In this document: positions 13,262 to 25,856 of the stretch, piece after piece
Numbering within the stretch: position 1 is the stretch's first letter
Layout: each line of letters starts with the position of its first letter
DNA from: Octopus vulgaris
Taxonomy: Eukaryota
DNA: 64,000 nucleotides
Assembly: GCA_951406725.2 (NCBI GenBank)
Contig: OX597826.1
Span: 6,324,001-6,388,000 of the forward strand
Direction: 5' to 3'
Position numbers and translations under genes: made by a program
The notes under the pieces: generated by a model
What the model was told of the DNA's origin: nothing
The model's database searches: none
Seen by the model: only the letters and a program-made list of their open reading frames with translations

Positions 13262-13575
13262 GCCATAAGTCTGGCATTCCGTCGGTTATGGAAACGAGGT
13301 CTCCAGTTGATCCGATTAACGGAACAGCCTGCACGTGAAATTAACGTGCATGTGGCTGAGCTCTCCACATACATTAACTTACTTCTTAGGGAGATTAAGC
13401 GTGTCAGGTAGTGTGACAAGGCTGGCCCTTTAAAATACAGGTAATGCTTATTTTGCCAAATGAATGGACTGGAGATATAGTGTTTTGCTCAAGGACATAA
13501 CGCATCGCCGAGAATTGAACTCACGACCTTGCGATCGTGAGCCGAATACCCTAACCACTAAGCCATGTACCTTCA
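13262..13575 (-). mobile_element. tRNA-derived SINE (family C)
   Basis: Minus-strand head has A-box TGGCTTAGTGG and B-box GAGTTCAATTC, then TGTCCTTGAGCAAAACACT (a conserved SINE-core-like motif) and about 230 bp of body. Confidence 0.8.
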
Positions 13576-15697
13576 ATAGTATACGCCTACAAAGAAAATA
13601 TCAGCTGCACATATCATATTTCAAAGGATTTGGAATCCTTCTTGTAAAACCTGCTGGATGTTACATAATAATATTCTGTTGAATTTTTCTGATGAATTGG
13701 TACAACGCCAATAACGGTGTATGTAGTTCGTTTCCATCTTCAGCATATCCGTAGAAGTTACGTTTCTAATTATCAAACCGACATCACCTCTGTCCCCGTT
13801 TCATTTGTTTTATCATGTTAACATCTAAATCTTATTGTTGATTATAACAGGGATAAACATTTCCTTCTCAAAGAGATTATATTCTTATTTGTAAACTCTT
13901 CCTTATTGACATGAAAATTACTGTTCTCCTTATAATCTTTGTCCTTCGGTACGTATCACAATAACTTACGAACTCCTTAGCCAACAACAAAATTACAATA
14001 ATCTAGTATAGTAAAGGTTCATGGGTTAGCAAATACATTGTTCCCGACTTTAGCCCATTTATTCAAACCATGCATATCAGCCCCAAATACTCTATCCTCG
14101 TTCATGCTGAAAGTGGCCATATTCATACTATCTATATTCGTACTCTACTACATTCTACCAGATTCGTACTCTTCTACATTCTAAAAATAAATCACATCAT
14201 AAAAATCTTGAAGTGACCAGAAAATGCACGATGAATTCAAATCAATGTCCTTAATAAACATTACATTTCCGAGAGTAATCTGAATCCATCACAGTTAATT
14301 GCACTACAATCTTCTGTGGAGTTATAGTTGATGAATAATCGATCTTTACCTCAATATTGATTTTGGAACTCTCTCTCTCTCTCTCTCTCTTCAATTTATT
14401 ATTGAAGATGTCTTCTTTCCAAAGGAAGGTCATTAAAGCATTATGACTGACTGTTCCTTTCTGATCTTCAAATATCACCCAGTTACCTGAAACTCGGATT
14501 CCAAAAGACGTCGTTTGTCTTACGTCCACTTGGTACACTTTATTGCTACATTATTACGAAAAATGCAGTTTTACCTGTTAATTCTGAATATTAACAGTTA
14601 TTTGTTTCATGCTTTTGTATTGAACATTCCGAAATTTTCTGACGATGAAAAAATCTATAGAGCATTACAGAGCATTAAACGGTGATATTCTGTTATATAA
14701 ATGTTATCGCTTTATAGTATTTTATAATGATGTTCGATTGTCTTCCACTATTTTTTGCATTGTTATAGATATACTATCACTCGTTTTGTATAGAATAACC
14801 TCTAAATGGAGTCACTCTGTTATCTACCATATCTCCCGTTTAGATTTTTCCCATTAAAGTTATAGAATATTACTTTTGTTCATTTTATTCTAAGTATTTA
14901 TTGTATCTGTTCTTTCCTTATTATTACCAGGCTAACGATTCGTTGGTATCTTTACGGTTTCTTTTTAATAATATAAGTGCGCATGCTACATATTTTTTTT
15001 ACTATATTTTCTAAACTAATTCTATTAGTAATACTGTTCTTCCATTATTTCATATATATTTATCTAATCGCTTCTAAAATCTTATATGCTGTAACGTCTT
15101 TTTTTATATTCTACCTAATCTCTACATATGTAACAGCTATACTAAAAACACTAAAACAACGCCCACTTATTATAAATATTTTAAATTGTTATCAGATCTT
15201 GCTGATATTTATGCAGGGAAGATACTTTATTATTGAACAATAATAGTTTATGAGAGCTCCAATCTATTCTCGACAATAGAGCATCAACAAATCATACAAC
15301 GTACATTCTACTGGTTCTACACATTAAAAAACTCAACTGCTATACCAAAAACAAAGGAAGACACGATATACCAAACACAACGACAAACATATACTAAACA
15401 CAGGGCAAACACATTATACGTTACATTACGTATACTTTACACAACAAAAGAGATCTAAAATATATATTTCTTAGAAAAAATAATCTCTAGAAAAACTAAA
15501 AATAAATTAGGTATGATAGAAACAGAATTTTACATCCCATAACATAATGCTGCATAAACTTAAAAGGCCCACACATATACCTGTTTTTTTTTTTAGAGGA
15601 AAACCGCGTAAAATAGTAGAAGCATGAGGAAAATAACAATGATAATAACAGCAGTCATGAGGAGGGGAAGCGGAGAAGGATGATGATGATGATGATG

Positions 15698-15763
<66 letters not shown>

Positions 15764-16083
15764 TCATGCCCTGATGCAGTACCAAGCAGTGGCTCTCATG
15801 GGGTCTGATCTTAACTGATTGGAAGTGTTATCATGTACATTGTTTTGTCTTGTTATAAAAGATGGGCTACAGCAAATATTCTGCTCAATACCACAGATTT
15901 GCTTGTCAGTTGTTTGACCGTAACCAGTTGAGCATGTCCCTTAGTGGCTGATGATATGTGCTCATATGGCTGTGATGCATGTGCCTGGTGTACCCTTATC
16001 AGAGGGGTAGTCATGATGGGTATATTGGGCTCCGTATATTTTACCCCAGTGTCACTTTGATGGCATGCACTGCTCTCTCACTC
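15764..16083 (+). mobile_element. Retrotransposon 3' UTR-like repeat embedded in (AAT)n, possibly Dong/R4-like, internally deleted
   Basis: Flanked by (AAT)n on both sides and ends ...CTCTCACTC-(AAT)n. Homologous to 16487-16855 (GCTCTCATGG, GGAAGTGTTATCATGT, TGACCGTAACCA.TTGAGCATG). The clade call is inferred only from the TAA target. Confidence 0.6.
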
Positions 16084-16123
<40 letters not shown>

Positions 16124-16237
16124 GTAAGATGAGGAGGAGGGGGGGTTGATGATGATAATAATAAGAAGAAGAGAGGAAGAAAAAGAAGAGGAAGAAGAGG
16201 AGGAGGAGGAGGATGAAGGGGAGGGGAGGCGGAGAAG

Positions 16238-16292
16238 GAAGAAGAAGAAGAAGAAGAAGAAGAAGAAGAAGAAGAAGAAGAAGAAGAAGAAG

Positions 16293-16322
<30 letters not shown>
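16238..16322. repeat. (AAG)n microsatellite preceded by GAG/AAG low-complexity sequence
   Basis: Direct reading; it explains the poly-K/R/L ORFs. Confidence 0.95.
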
Positions 16323-16324
<2 letters not shown>

Positions 16325-16465
16325 TCCGTTCTACTATAGGCACAAGGCCTGAAATTGTGACAGACGGGCTAATCTATAACGTTTCCCCCAATGCCTAACT
16401 GGTACTTATTTCATCGACCCCGAAAGGATGAATTACAGAGTGGACCTTGGCAAAATTTGCACCCA
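16325..16465 (-). mobile_element. SINE family B 3' fragment
   Basis: Contains CTACTATAGGCACAAGGCCTGAAATT and AACTGGTACTTATTTCATCGACCCCGAAAGGATGAA, as in 6264-6400. Confidence 0.8.
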
Positions 16466-16486
16466 AACGCTCTCATTCAATAACAA

Positions 16487-16855
16487 GCACTAGCTCTCAT
16501 GGAAGTGTTATCATGTGTCTGTTTGTCTTGGTATAAAAAGATAGGCTACAGGAAATATTTGCTTGCCATTTGCCTGACCGTAACCATTTGAGCATGACCT
16601 CTGGTAGCTGACGCTATGTACATCTCTGATCACGAGCAGAATTAGTTGGGGTGATTCATAACCAAGTGTTGAGGGGAATTCTTATGGATTTGAATAATTC
16701 ACCTCTGGAAACAGATGTTCCTTTCAACTTCCTTAAACAACACTTATTCTGGGAACTTTTTAGCAAGATGGGCTACTCAACAGTGACGAAAATTTTAATA
16801 AGGCCCCCACCTGCGAGGTTATGCACTGTTTATATCGATATGAAATCACTATGTC
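16487..16855 (+). mobile_element. Second, older copy of the 15764-16083 repeat
   Basis: Shares the first ~130 bp with the 15764 copy, then continues into sequence absent from that copy. Confidence 0.65.
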
Positions 16856-17325
16856 CCTTTTATCTTTGCGAGGTCGGTGAAATAAGTACCAGTTGTGCAA
16901 CACGGTTAATGGGATCGTCTTGCTCCATTACCAAATTTTTAAGCCTTGTGACTAAATTTGAAACCTATCTTATACATTAGTAAAACATTTTAGGATAATT
17001 GAAATTTCCTTTAAAATGAAATTAGATATTTCTATATATGTAAAGCCTTCGGCAGCTATCTGATTAAACATGATGAAAATGTAAACATATCTACAGAAAT
17101 ATTAAAACCCATTATGTACATACTTATTCCTGGTTTATAAGGCAAAAGAAATGTATAAGGTTTGAACAAAAGTTTGTGGAAATTGGTTTCCAGAATCCAA
17201 TATTTCGCTTACCATTCTTGGGTTACCTTCAATTGTACCCGAAGATATTTTAAACAATACTTTACAAAATATTAAAGCAAATATTGGCTTGCCTTGAAGC
17301 ATAATCCCTCAATACATTGATGTCA

Positions 17326-17524
17326 GATTTTGGCGTAAGGCCAATAAGTTTGGAAAGGGGTTATGTCGATTAAATCTACCTCAGTCTTCAACTGGTATTT
17401 GTTTCATCGAATCAAAAAGGAGGACGAAATGGAAAGCCGACCCCGGAACTTGAATGTAAAGGCGGATGAAACGCAGCTAAACATTTTATCCGGAGTACTA
17501 ATTATTCTGCCGGATCGCCGCCTT
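17326..17524 (-). mobile_element. SINE family B (diverged)
   Basis: TTTTGGCGTAAGGCC...AACTGGTATT...GGATGAAACGCAGCTAA...CGCCGCCTT; colinear with 41840-42045. Confidence 0.8.
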
Positions 17525-18488
17525 ATTTCTTTGAATATGTTAACTCATTGTAAATACACCTTCATGATAACAACGTGCTATGTTTACAATATAAATAGGA
17601 AGAAGTCGCAATTGTTTAAGTGTTTTTGTTTTCTGCTTCGATGCTAGCATCCATTTTACGATTCTCTCTCCACCAATTTTCCCCCTGTATTGTTACCTCT
17701 CTCGCATCCTTTATAATAGTATAGTCATTGAGAATTTAATAAAATAAAGTGGCGTAGATTTTACAAAATCTTCTTGAAAATAAATCTTCAAAGCGAGTGG
17801 ATATTCTTTTGTTCAAAAGAAACGGAAAAAAAAAAACTAAAGCTAAACGCTAAGAAACAGCTTGCCAAAACTTCAAATAAGTTCTTTAGTTGCGATTATT
17901 TCCGATATACATCATCAGTAACAGTTGTACACACTTACATGATTTGACACTGGCATGGACTTAGAAAATGAACTCGGGGAAAATCTACACGCTTCATTGT
18001 CAGAAAAATATCGCACTTACTTAAGGAATAATAAACTTAACTAGGTTATGTGTGAGGGGCAAGATTTCGAATTCAATTCGTCTTTGACACCCACACAACT
18101 TACATAGAGGTAACCAGGTTTGAACATCGTAAAATAGCTTTTAAAAATCACAAGCACTATACAACAACCAAGTTTGTTGTCGTTGTTTCTGTTAATGATG
18201 CTGCATAAACTCAGCACGAATAACAATTTTCCCCGGTTAGCAACAAACATCCATTGATGAACGTTCAATATTTGCTTTCGATTATACAATAATTTTGTCG
18301 TTCGAAGATAAAATAAAAGATATATTTTTTGAATGCACTAAATAACACATCTTACCATGTTTATCAGGTTAGGCGACCACGTAGCAGTTGCACCTTTCCC
18401 TTTCTGGTTTGGGATGTTTCGTGGCCTTCATAGTATTTAGTGGCTAATAATATTTCACATTGACAGCTACTTCAGCGTTTGAATAAAC

Positions 18489-18491
<3 letters not shown>

Positions 18492-18572
<81 letters not shown>
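18492..18572. repeat. (CA)n microsatellite
   Basis: Direct reading. Confidence 0.97.
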
Positions 18573-18575
<3 letters not shown>

Positions 18576-18624
18576 CCATAGACCCACAAGTTTATTATCC
18601 TCTCTCCGTTTAATTTTCATATTC

Positions 18625-18659
18625 CTTTCTGTTGAAGAACGTAGGCTGGAAAAGTAAAG
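18625..18659 (+). ncRNA. Degenerate minimal hammerhead motif (CUGUUGA core) in pLTR 1
   Basis: CTTT-CTGTTGA-A-GAAC gtag GCTG-GAAAAGT-AAAG. The consensus with copy 2 approaches CTTT CTGTTGA A GAGC gtag GCTc GAAAC GTA AA(A)G. Confidence 0.4.
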
Positions 18660-20097
18660 AACTTTCTTACTTTCCCGAACGTCAAACTGATACACCTGTT
18701 TGTTGTTCACACACCTATCTTCGTCTTTCGTTTTTCTGTAAATTTCAACTATATATTATACGCTCACGTGGTCACCCTAGTTTTATCCTCCTTTAACCTC
18801 CTACACTTTGGACTTACTATCTGAACTTTCTGCACCTATCCTCATCTACATACCAGAACACCCCCAGATTACCACTGGATAAAAAATGCCTCAACATCTT
18901 TCTGTTTTTTCTCACTCCGTACGCTGTTACTATACCTTTCTCCTTTTCTTCTTTTCATCTTCCTTTCTTCTCCTTACCTCTCTTTTCTTTCTTGTTATTT
19001 TCCTCTCTTCGCGACTTTTGAACTTTTCGAACTTTCTTTCTCTGTATGTTATCACGTTGTCTCTTTCTCTCCATTTCTTTTTTTTTTCTTCTTCTTTCTC
19101 CTTTTTCCAGCATGCCCGATTACAAATCCTTTCTTCTTCACCTTCACCACCGCCTAAAACACGACCTTTCCATGTTTCCTTTCCGCTGCTTTCAACCCTC
19201 TATTAATCTTAACCTACTGAATTAAAAAAAAGCACGCTTGTCTAGTCATGTTTCCTTTCTCAGTCGCTGCCCCCCCCCCGTCCAGCACATCTCCAAAGGT
19301 TTTCGCCTCCATTTCCACACCAATTTCCACTCTTTTTCTGCCATCCTACCCATACGCCGTACTACATCATATCGCCTGATACGTGACACATTCCACACTG
19401 CGCCTCATAATCCATTCAATTCATTTTTCCACGAGATCCTAGCTCGCAGTAAACAACATAACCTCCACTCACTATTTAATTCTCCCCCACTCGATTCCAT
19501 TACACCCCCTTCCCCATCCCCATCGCTCCCCGATACACTCCCTCCTCATCTGACACCTACTTTCTCCCATCAATCCTAACCATTTTCTCTCTTCATTGAT
19601 AATACCCCTCCCTCACACATCACCCTTACCACACACCTCTACTTTACACCCACATCCGCATTCCAAACAGCAATGCCTACCTCCACACCCTACCTCCACA
19701 TACCGAAACCCCACACCCCACTACTTCTCGCTCAATCACACCACATCACATCACTCCACACACACTAGCACTGACCACTTCCCAGCACCACACGTCGTCA
19801 TCCGCACACCCACACACCGTCATCCGCACACCCACACACCATTATCCACACAACCACACGTTACAGACGCACACGGACATTATCCACACACGCACGACAA
19901 ATTCATTAGCCTGTATCACAGGCACTTACACATTCTCACGTACAAACACATAGGCCCATCTAGTTTGGGGCTTACCAATACTTTATTATTTCCCCTTCTT
20001 TCAACCTTTCCTGTGAAAACTTTTCTTTCCAACCAGCTGCCATTCTTGACAGCTAAATCTACATTTTTTTTCATTCTCTCTGTTTATATTATCTTAT

Positions 20098-20136
20098 TCC
20101 TTTCCGTAGAAGAGCGTAGTCTAGAAACGTAAAGGA
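20098..20136 (+). ncRNA. Degenerate minimal hammerhead motif in pLTR 2
   Basis: TCCTTT-CCGTAGA-A-GAGC gtag TCTA-GAAAC-GTA-AAGGA, with palindromic ACGT in helix III. Confidence 0.4.
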
Positions 20137-20328
20137 CTTTCTCACCCTCCCGAATATCAAACTAATACACCTTCTTCTTCATACACATATCTTCGTCTTT
20201 TATTTTTCTGTAAATGTCAACTAAGGGATCGTTTTCTGCGCCGAAGTACTTCAACGCGGTGCCCCACAATGGACGCAGTGCAGTAAGCGACACAAGAAAA
20301 TGATCAAGTATAAAAAATACGCATATAT

Positions 20329-20736
20329 AGACAGGAGTGGCGGTGTGGTACGTAGCTTGCTAACCAACCACATGGTTCCGGGTTCAGTCCCACTGCGTGG
20401 CATCTTGGGCAAGTGTCTTCTGCTATATCCCCGGGCCGACCAATGCCTTGTGTGTGGATTTGGTAGACGGAAACTGAAAGAAGCCTGTCGTATATATGTA
20501 TATATATATGTGTGTGTGTATATGTTTGTGTGTCTGGGTTTGTCCCCCTAGCATTGCTTGACAACCGATGCTGGTGTGTTTACGTCCCCGTCACATAGCG
20601 GTTCGGCAAAAGAGACCGATAGAATAAGTACTGGGCTTACAAAGAATAAGTCCCAGGGTCGATTTTCTCGACTAAAGGCGGTGCTCCAGCATGGCTGCAG
20701 TCAAATGACTGAAACAAGTAAAATAGTAAAAGAATA
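20329..20736 (+). mobile_element. Full-length tRNA-derived SINE (family A)
   Basis: A-box-like TGGCGGTGTGG, B-box-like GGTTCAGTCCC, a central (TA/TG)n linker, and a 3' module ending GAAACAAGTAAAATAGTAAAAGA. Nearly identical to the reverse complement of 28552-28959. Confidence 0.92.
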
Positions 20737-21152
20737 TATAGGCACTGCGAGCAATCTACAAATTCTATAAGGATTTTAATGACAGGATAAAATAAACAGA
20801 ATATGGAAAAGCACTACTTTCTTGCGGAATCATTTCAGTTCCAGTTTTTGATAATGTCGAGAATAATTCATATGATGCTTGGAATGTATATAAATGACGT
20901 TTGGAATCAAAGCTCATTGGAACTGATTATTTTCAATCTGAAACAAGACTTCTCAATAAATAATGCGTAATAATGACTCGTGTTACTGGAGAAAATCTAC
21001 ATATCATAGCTTGCTTTTAATTCAGATTCTTGCATGCATATTTATGTATATGCACATGTGTGTGTGTGTGTGTGTTTGTGCCTCTCTGTGTAAGCATATG
21101 TATATATATATGCATATATATATATATATATATATGCATATATATATATATA

Positions 21153-21210
<58 letters not shown>

Positions 21211-22290
21211 CATGAATGTGGACAGGTATATGTACATATGTGTGTACGTATACCTATTACGCATACGTACATCTGTACATGAGTGCGTGTGTGTTCCTAT
21301 GAGTTTCTTTGTGTTTGTGTAGGTGTATTCATGTGTTAGAAAGGATAGAAGTGATAACACAGAGCCACAGGTCGTTAACAATTTAAAAGAAAAACTATTA
21401 ATTTCCTATCTTAACATGTCACAAATTGCGTCCAATTTCAGAAGGCACTTAAACCAGTTCAATTTATTATATTTTTTTCACCTCTCTCTTCTTTTTCCAA
21501 AACCATCTTTGTTAGGAACTTTCATTTCCTTTTATATTCACTACTATTTCTCATCATTTTTTATTTGAGTGTGTGTGTTTGTTTTTCTGATTTTCTCACA
21601 TCAAAATATATTAACATTTCAAAAATTGTTATTTCACACAATTTCTAACAACTCATACTGTTATATATTCCAATTGCTGTCTAATTTCCGCAAGAATAGA
21701 ATTTCAATTGCAGTAGCATCTTGGATACTGAATCATTTCCTCAAAAGCTAAATTCCAGTGCTTCTTTCTAAATCAGTCATGCACGTTCCATGTGATGCCT
21801 TTCATTATATTTTGTATTTATTTTCTTAACATCACTTGGTAATATATGCAATCTTATCTCTCCTAAATAGATGCTTTCTAAACACAATATTTTAAACAAT
21901 AAATTGTAGCGTTACATCGCGAAAATCATTTAGAATGATTGAGGTGTATGTGATAAGAATCACATTGTTCAGTGTTGTGGAAAATTATGGTATACATTAG
22001 AGAATGTATTATAACACACTTGCAATAAAGACGTGCTATTCCGACAAAATTTTTAGTCGGTCAACGTCAGTGTCTTTGATATACAACATTGTTTCATTCA
22101 CAAAGAAGTAATATTATTCGTCACATTGAAAGAACCAAGTAAATATAATACAGAATAAGTAAGCAAAAGTTTAGAGTTTCGAAAGTCGAAAGCTTCAGTT
22201 CCTGTGTTTTGCTTTAATCATTAGGATCATTAATTATCGGTGACTCATTGAACTTTGGGGAGATATAATTAATTACGATTTTTTTTTTTT

Positions 22291-22472
22291 TACGGAGATG
22301 TACTTGCATAGCGAGTGGCTTGATCTGAGATCCTGTGCTGGAACGAAAACAATTGCAGCATGGAAGGTGTTTATAAGCCATTTAAGAAACACACAGAACC
22401 GTTAGATTCACTTCAACATTTAAATTTAATTTGTCAAAATATTTTCGTCTCTTTGAGACCGCGACCTGTTCA
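22291..22472 (-). mobile_element. 5'-truncated pLTR copy of the 22725 element, with an A-tail on the minus strand
   Basis: Colinear with 22725-22907 and preceded by a T13 run. Homology stops inside the hammerhead core (GACCTGTTCA|). Confidence 0.85.
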
Positions 22473-22864
22473 GTAACCGTTGAATCAGCAAATAATATTA
22501 CTCAATCGAAAGAGATATATGTATAATTTGATGGATAAAGAAGTTGTTAATGAGGTACTTAAAGTTTGACACTCAGATGATACAGTATTCTGATGGAGTC
22601 TTACAACGCACTATGTACGAGGAGGCATCGTTGAAGTTCAAATGGCATGGGTACTCCTCGAGAAACAGAATAAATCATGATAAAAAATGGGAGGAAAGCG
22701 TTAAAGCAAAACTCAGATAAGAATTACGGAGATGTACTCGCATAGCAAGTAATTTGATCTGAGATCGTGTGCTGAAACGAAAACAATTGCAGCGTGGAAG
22801 GTGTTTATAAGCCATTTAAGAAACACACAAAAGCCGTTCGATTCACTCCAACATTTAAGTTTAA

Positions 22865-22914
22865 TTTGTCAAAATATTTTCGTCGCTAAAATCCGCGACC
22901 TGTTCACTGACAAA
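22865..22914 (-). ncRNA. Minimal type-I hammerhead motif, G3:C8 core (minus-strand copy)
   Basis: Mirror image of 22968-23017 within the palindrome. Confidence 0.65.
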
Positions 22915-22967
22915 GTCCGTGCTGCATCTAAGAAAGTAACTGTTACTTTCTTAGATGCAGCACGGAC

Positions 22968-23017
22968 TTTGTCAGTGAACAGGTCGCGGATTTTAGCGAC
23001 GAAAATATTTTGACAAA
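22968..23017 (+). ncRNA. Minimal type-I hammerhead motif, G3:C8 core
   Basis: TTTGTCA-GTGAACA-G-GTCGC ggatttta GCGAC-GAA-AATATT-T-TGACAAA: 7-bp stem I, core GUGAACA, 5-bp stem II, palindromic helix III AAUAUU. Predicted cleavage after 23010. Confidence 0.65.
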
Positions 23018-23466
23018 TTAAACTTAAATGTTGGAGTGAATCGAACGGCTTTTGTGTGTTTCTTAAATGGCTTATAAACACCTTCCATTCTGCAATTGTC
23101 AGATAAGAATGTTCTCCCTTTAATCTGTTACATGAATAATACAGTTTCAGATTTCAAGTATTCTACGACCTAATACGGATGTCCCTTTTTTCATCTACAT
23201 GAAGCCTGCGCTTGTCTGACCCAGTCATGTATAAACTAGAGCTCTTTTGGATCACGCATTTTATATTATCTGGTGTGTTGCTGATTTTTATGCTTTAGAT
23301 ATGGTCTGTTAAAAATGTTAAAATGTGCAGACTTTGCATAGCCGTTAACGCTGGCAATTTCCGTAAATGTAATATACACGTATTTATGAGTGCCTATATG
23401 CGTGTAATTATACAGGTATAATTATGCATATAAATAAATATCTATCTATCTATCTATCTATCTATA

Positions 23467-23505
<39 letters not shown>

Positions 23506-23540
23506 ATATCTATCTATCTATCAATCTATCTATCTATCTA

Positions 23541-23591
<51 letters not shown>

Positions 23592-23717
23592 ATACATATA
23601 TACCACGAGAGAGAGAGAGAGAGAGACAGGGAGATAGATTGATGAATGCATATGCACACACACACACACACACACACAATATATATATATATATATATAT
23701 ATATTCAGTCATATTTT

Positions 23718-23762
<45 letters not shown>

Positions 23763-23982
23763 AGTAACACACATACATACATTTGCACATACTAATGTAC
23801 ATACATTTTCGCAACACATTTTGCCTTTCATCTCGCATGGATCGATAGATTTCTAGCTTTGTATTGGGATCGATGATATCTACAAATCCCCTCCGCTCTC
23901 CTCAAATGTTCCTGGTCGCGTGCCGAAATTAGAAACAATTATTATATTTATTTTTGTTGTTGATGTTGCTGTTTTGTGTTGC

Positions 23983-24106
<124 letters not shown>

Positions 24107-25807
24107 AGGATTATTATTTTCATTGTTATTATTATCATTTTCAACCTCGCCCTCCTCATCATCATTCTTATTATGAGAAAATATTAGATGTATAAGTGTA
24201 ATGCATAGTTCCGTTTCATCTTATTGTAATAAAATATAAGGCATAACAATTCGATATATCTTTATTTTGATCTACAGTTAATGATAAACACGAGAACTAA
24301 CCTTGTAATTATTCATGATAATCTGGAAGTTTTGACGATCATATCTTGATGGTTAATTCATATAATATCTAGTTCCTTTGTAATGAGTGTCTGTTCCCTC
24401 TCAACTATTCCTAATGCTGCTAATATAGTTTTCTGCTAAACCATGTAACCTTTTACTTCATAAAACACATGGATTCGCTTAGATTTCATTTACAGCAAAT
24501 AATGCTGAAAACAACATTGTCTAAAACTTAATATTGTTATCAGCAGTGCAATCAGTAAACTTTCACCTGTATTTCTCTTAGCAGATATTGAGTGATATTT
24601 TATAATGGCAACTAAAAGCAAGTTAAGAGATAGTTATATTAAAATCTTTGGAGTTTATTAAGATGAATCTATCCAAGAATGGTTGTAGAAATTTTTATAT
24701 CGCATTGCTAATCTTTAATGAAACTGCATTATCGATAATTACTCTCATATGCTTCTGCCTATTACCATGATGTTCAAATAATTGTGGTTGAAATTTCAGA
24801 TCCTGATTCAATCATTGAATACGCTACTCAAATTCAAATATTATAGTCAATAACAATGCTGTGATAAGATATTCTTTTCTTAAATTCTTTAATCGAAACG
24901 TCAGATCGAATATTATATTGGTTTAAAATTTTGGCGCATGGTCAGCAACATCGGTGGAGGGGATAATTCGATTAACTTTACCCAGTACTGAAGTGGTACT
25001 CATTTTAACGGTCCCGAAAGTTTCAGTCGACTTCGGCCTCAATAATTTTATTAGTTTATTTAGCTTATTCCTGTAAGATGAACAATTCAAATGACTCTGG
25101 ATTTAAACTGACAGAGTCTATAGCAGGAAAACTAACTAATGCCAAAGATAGATTCTTTACAGATGTTTCTATAAAATTTATCAATGATTTGCCGATAGAG
25201 TTTTAACGACTAAGGTGATCAGGATATTTTTATTTCAAAATATTACACATATTAACACTGCAACTGCATGTCATATATAATAAGTAATATTGCTGGGTAT
25301 ATACGCAGGACTCTCTGATCAATCTTCAGAAATAGGTACCCTTGACTGCACACATTTAAAATCATTGCGATTTACTGAGGGGCTGGTTTACACAAAGATT
25401 TCTCATGAAATATGAGACGGAAAAAAGTGCGCAGTAACGTAACCTTGTATGGACCACCATTTAGCATGATTTTTTCCTTTCTATTAAGGTAATATTTGTT
25501 CAACATGCAAATATACCGCATCCTCTTCAGTACAACAAACATCAATAGTAGGAGGCCCTGTATAAAGAAGTGACAGGAAGTACGGGGATGTAAAGGTGGG
25601 GGTGGAGTATGTATATGAAATGGAATCATTTGAAATGTAATTTGTTTCTGCACTTCAGTAATATAATTTGCCTAAACCCAACGCTAACATGCTTGTTTAC
25701 GCATACACGCATATACACTGACAGATATATGCATATATATGCAGACACAGGTGCGCACGCGCAAAGGTATACTGAAAATATAGTACGGGTATATAGTTAT
25801 GTATATA

Positions 25808-25856
<49 letters not shown>

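Larger units (their letters stand above)
18597..20223 (+). mobile_element. Non-autonomous Penelope-like element: two direct ~155-bp pLTRs around a pyrimidine-rich interior with a decayed ORF N-terminus
   Basis: Direct repeats at 18597-18752 and 20072-20223 (ATTCCTTTC.GT.GAAGA.CGTAG..., TCAAACT.ATACACCT, TATCTTCGTCTTT, TTTTTCTGTAAAT.TCAACTA). The interior encodes KKARLSSHVSFLSRC...ISKGFRLHF, resembling the H..FL..C....IPKG motif at the start of Penelope ORFs. No RT or GIY-YIG domain is visible. Confidence 0.75.
22725..23099. mobile_element. Penelope-like fold-back element with a perfect 293-bp palindrome and 11-bp TSD
   Basis: Arms 22795-22940 and 22942-23087 (146 bp) are exact around a 1-nt centre, and extend to 22783-23099 with two mismatches. 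CAGATAAGAAT is repeated at 22714-22724 and 23100-23110. The two identical ORFs on opposite strands in the track confirm the symmetry. Confidence 0.9.

Noticed and set aside
13495-13575. tRNA-like sequence with A and B boxes (also at 20335 and 36630)
   Set aside because: These are SINE heads continuous with SINE bodies and do not form a complete cloverleaf.
13720-13747. Minus-strand TATG-CTGAAGA-TG-GAAAC-GAAC-TA-CATA hammerhead-like string
   Set aside because: Stem II is absent, helix III is mismatched, and there is no second copy or pLTR context, so chance is plausible.
22801-23081. Two identical 70-aa ORFs on opposite strands
   Set aside because: This is an automatic consequence of the DNA palindrome, not a gene pair.
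24859-24904. CT-GTGATAA-GAT...ATC-GAAAC-GTC-AG hammerhead-like string
   Set aside because: Positions 3 and 8 are unpaired (G/A) and stem I is only 2 bp.
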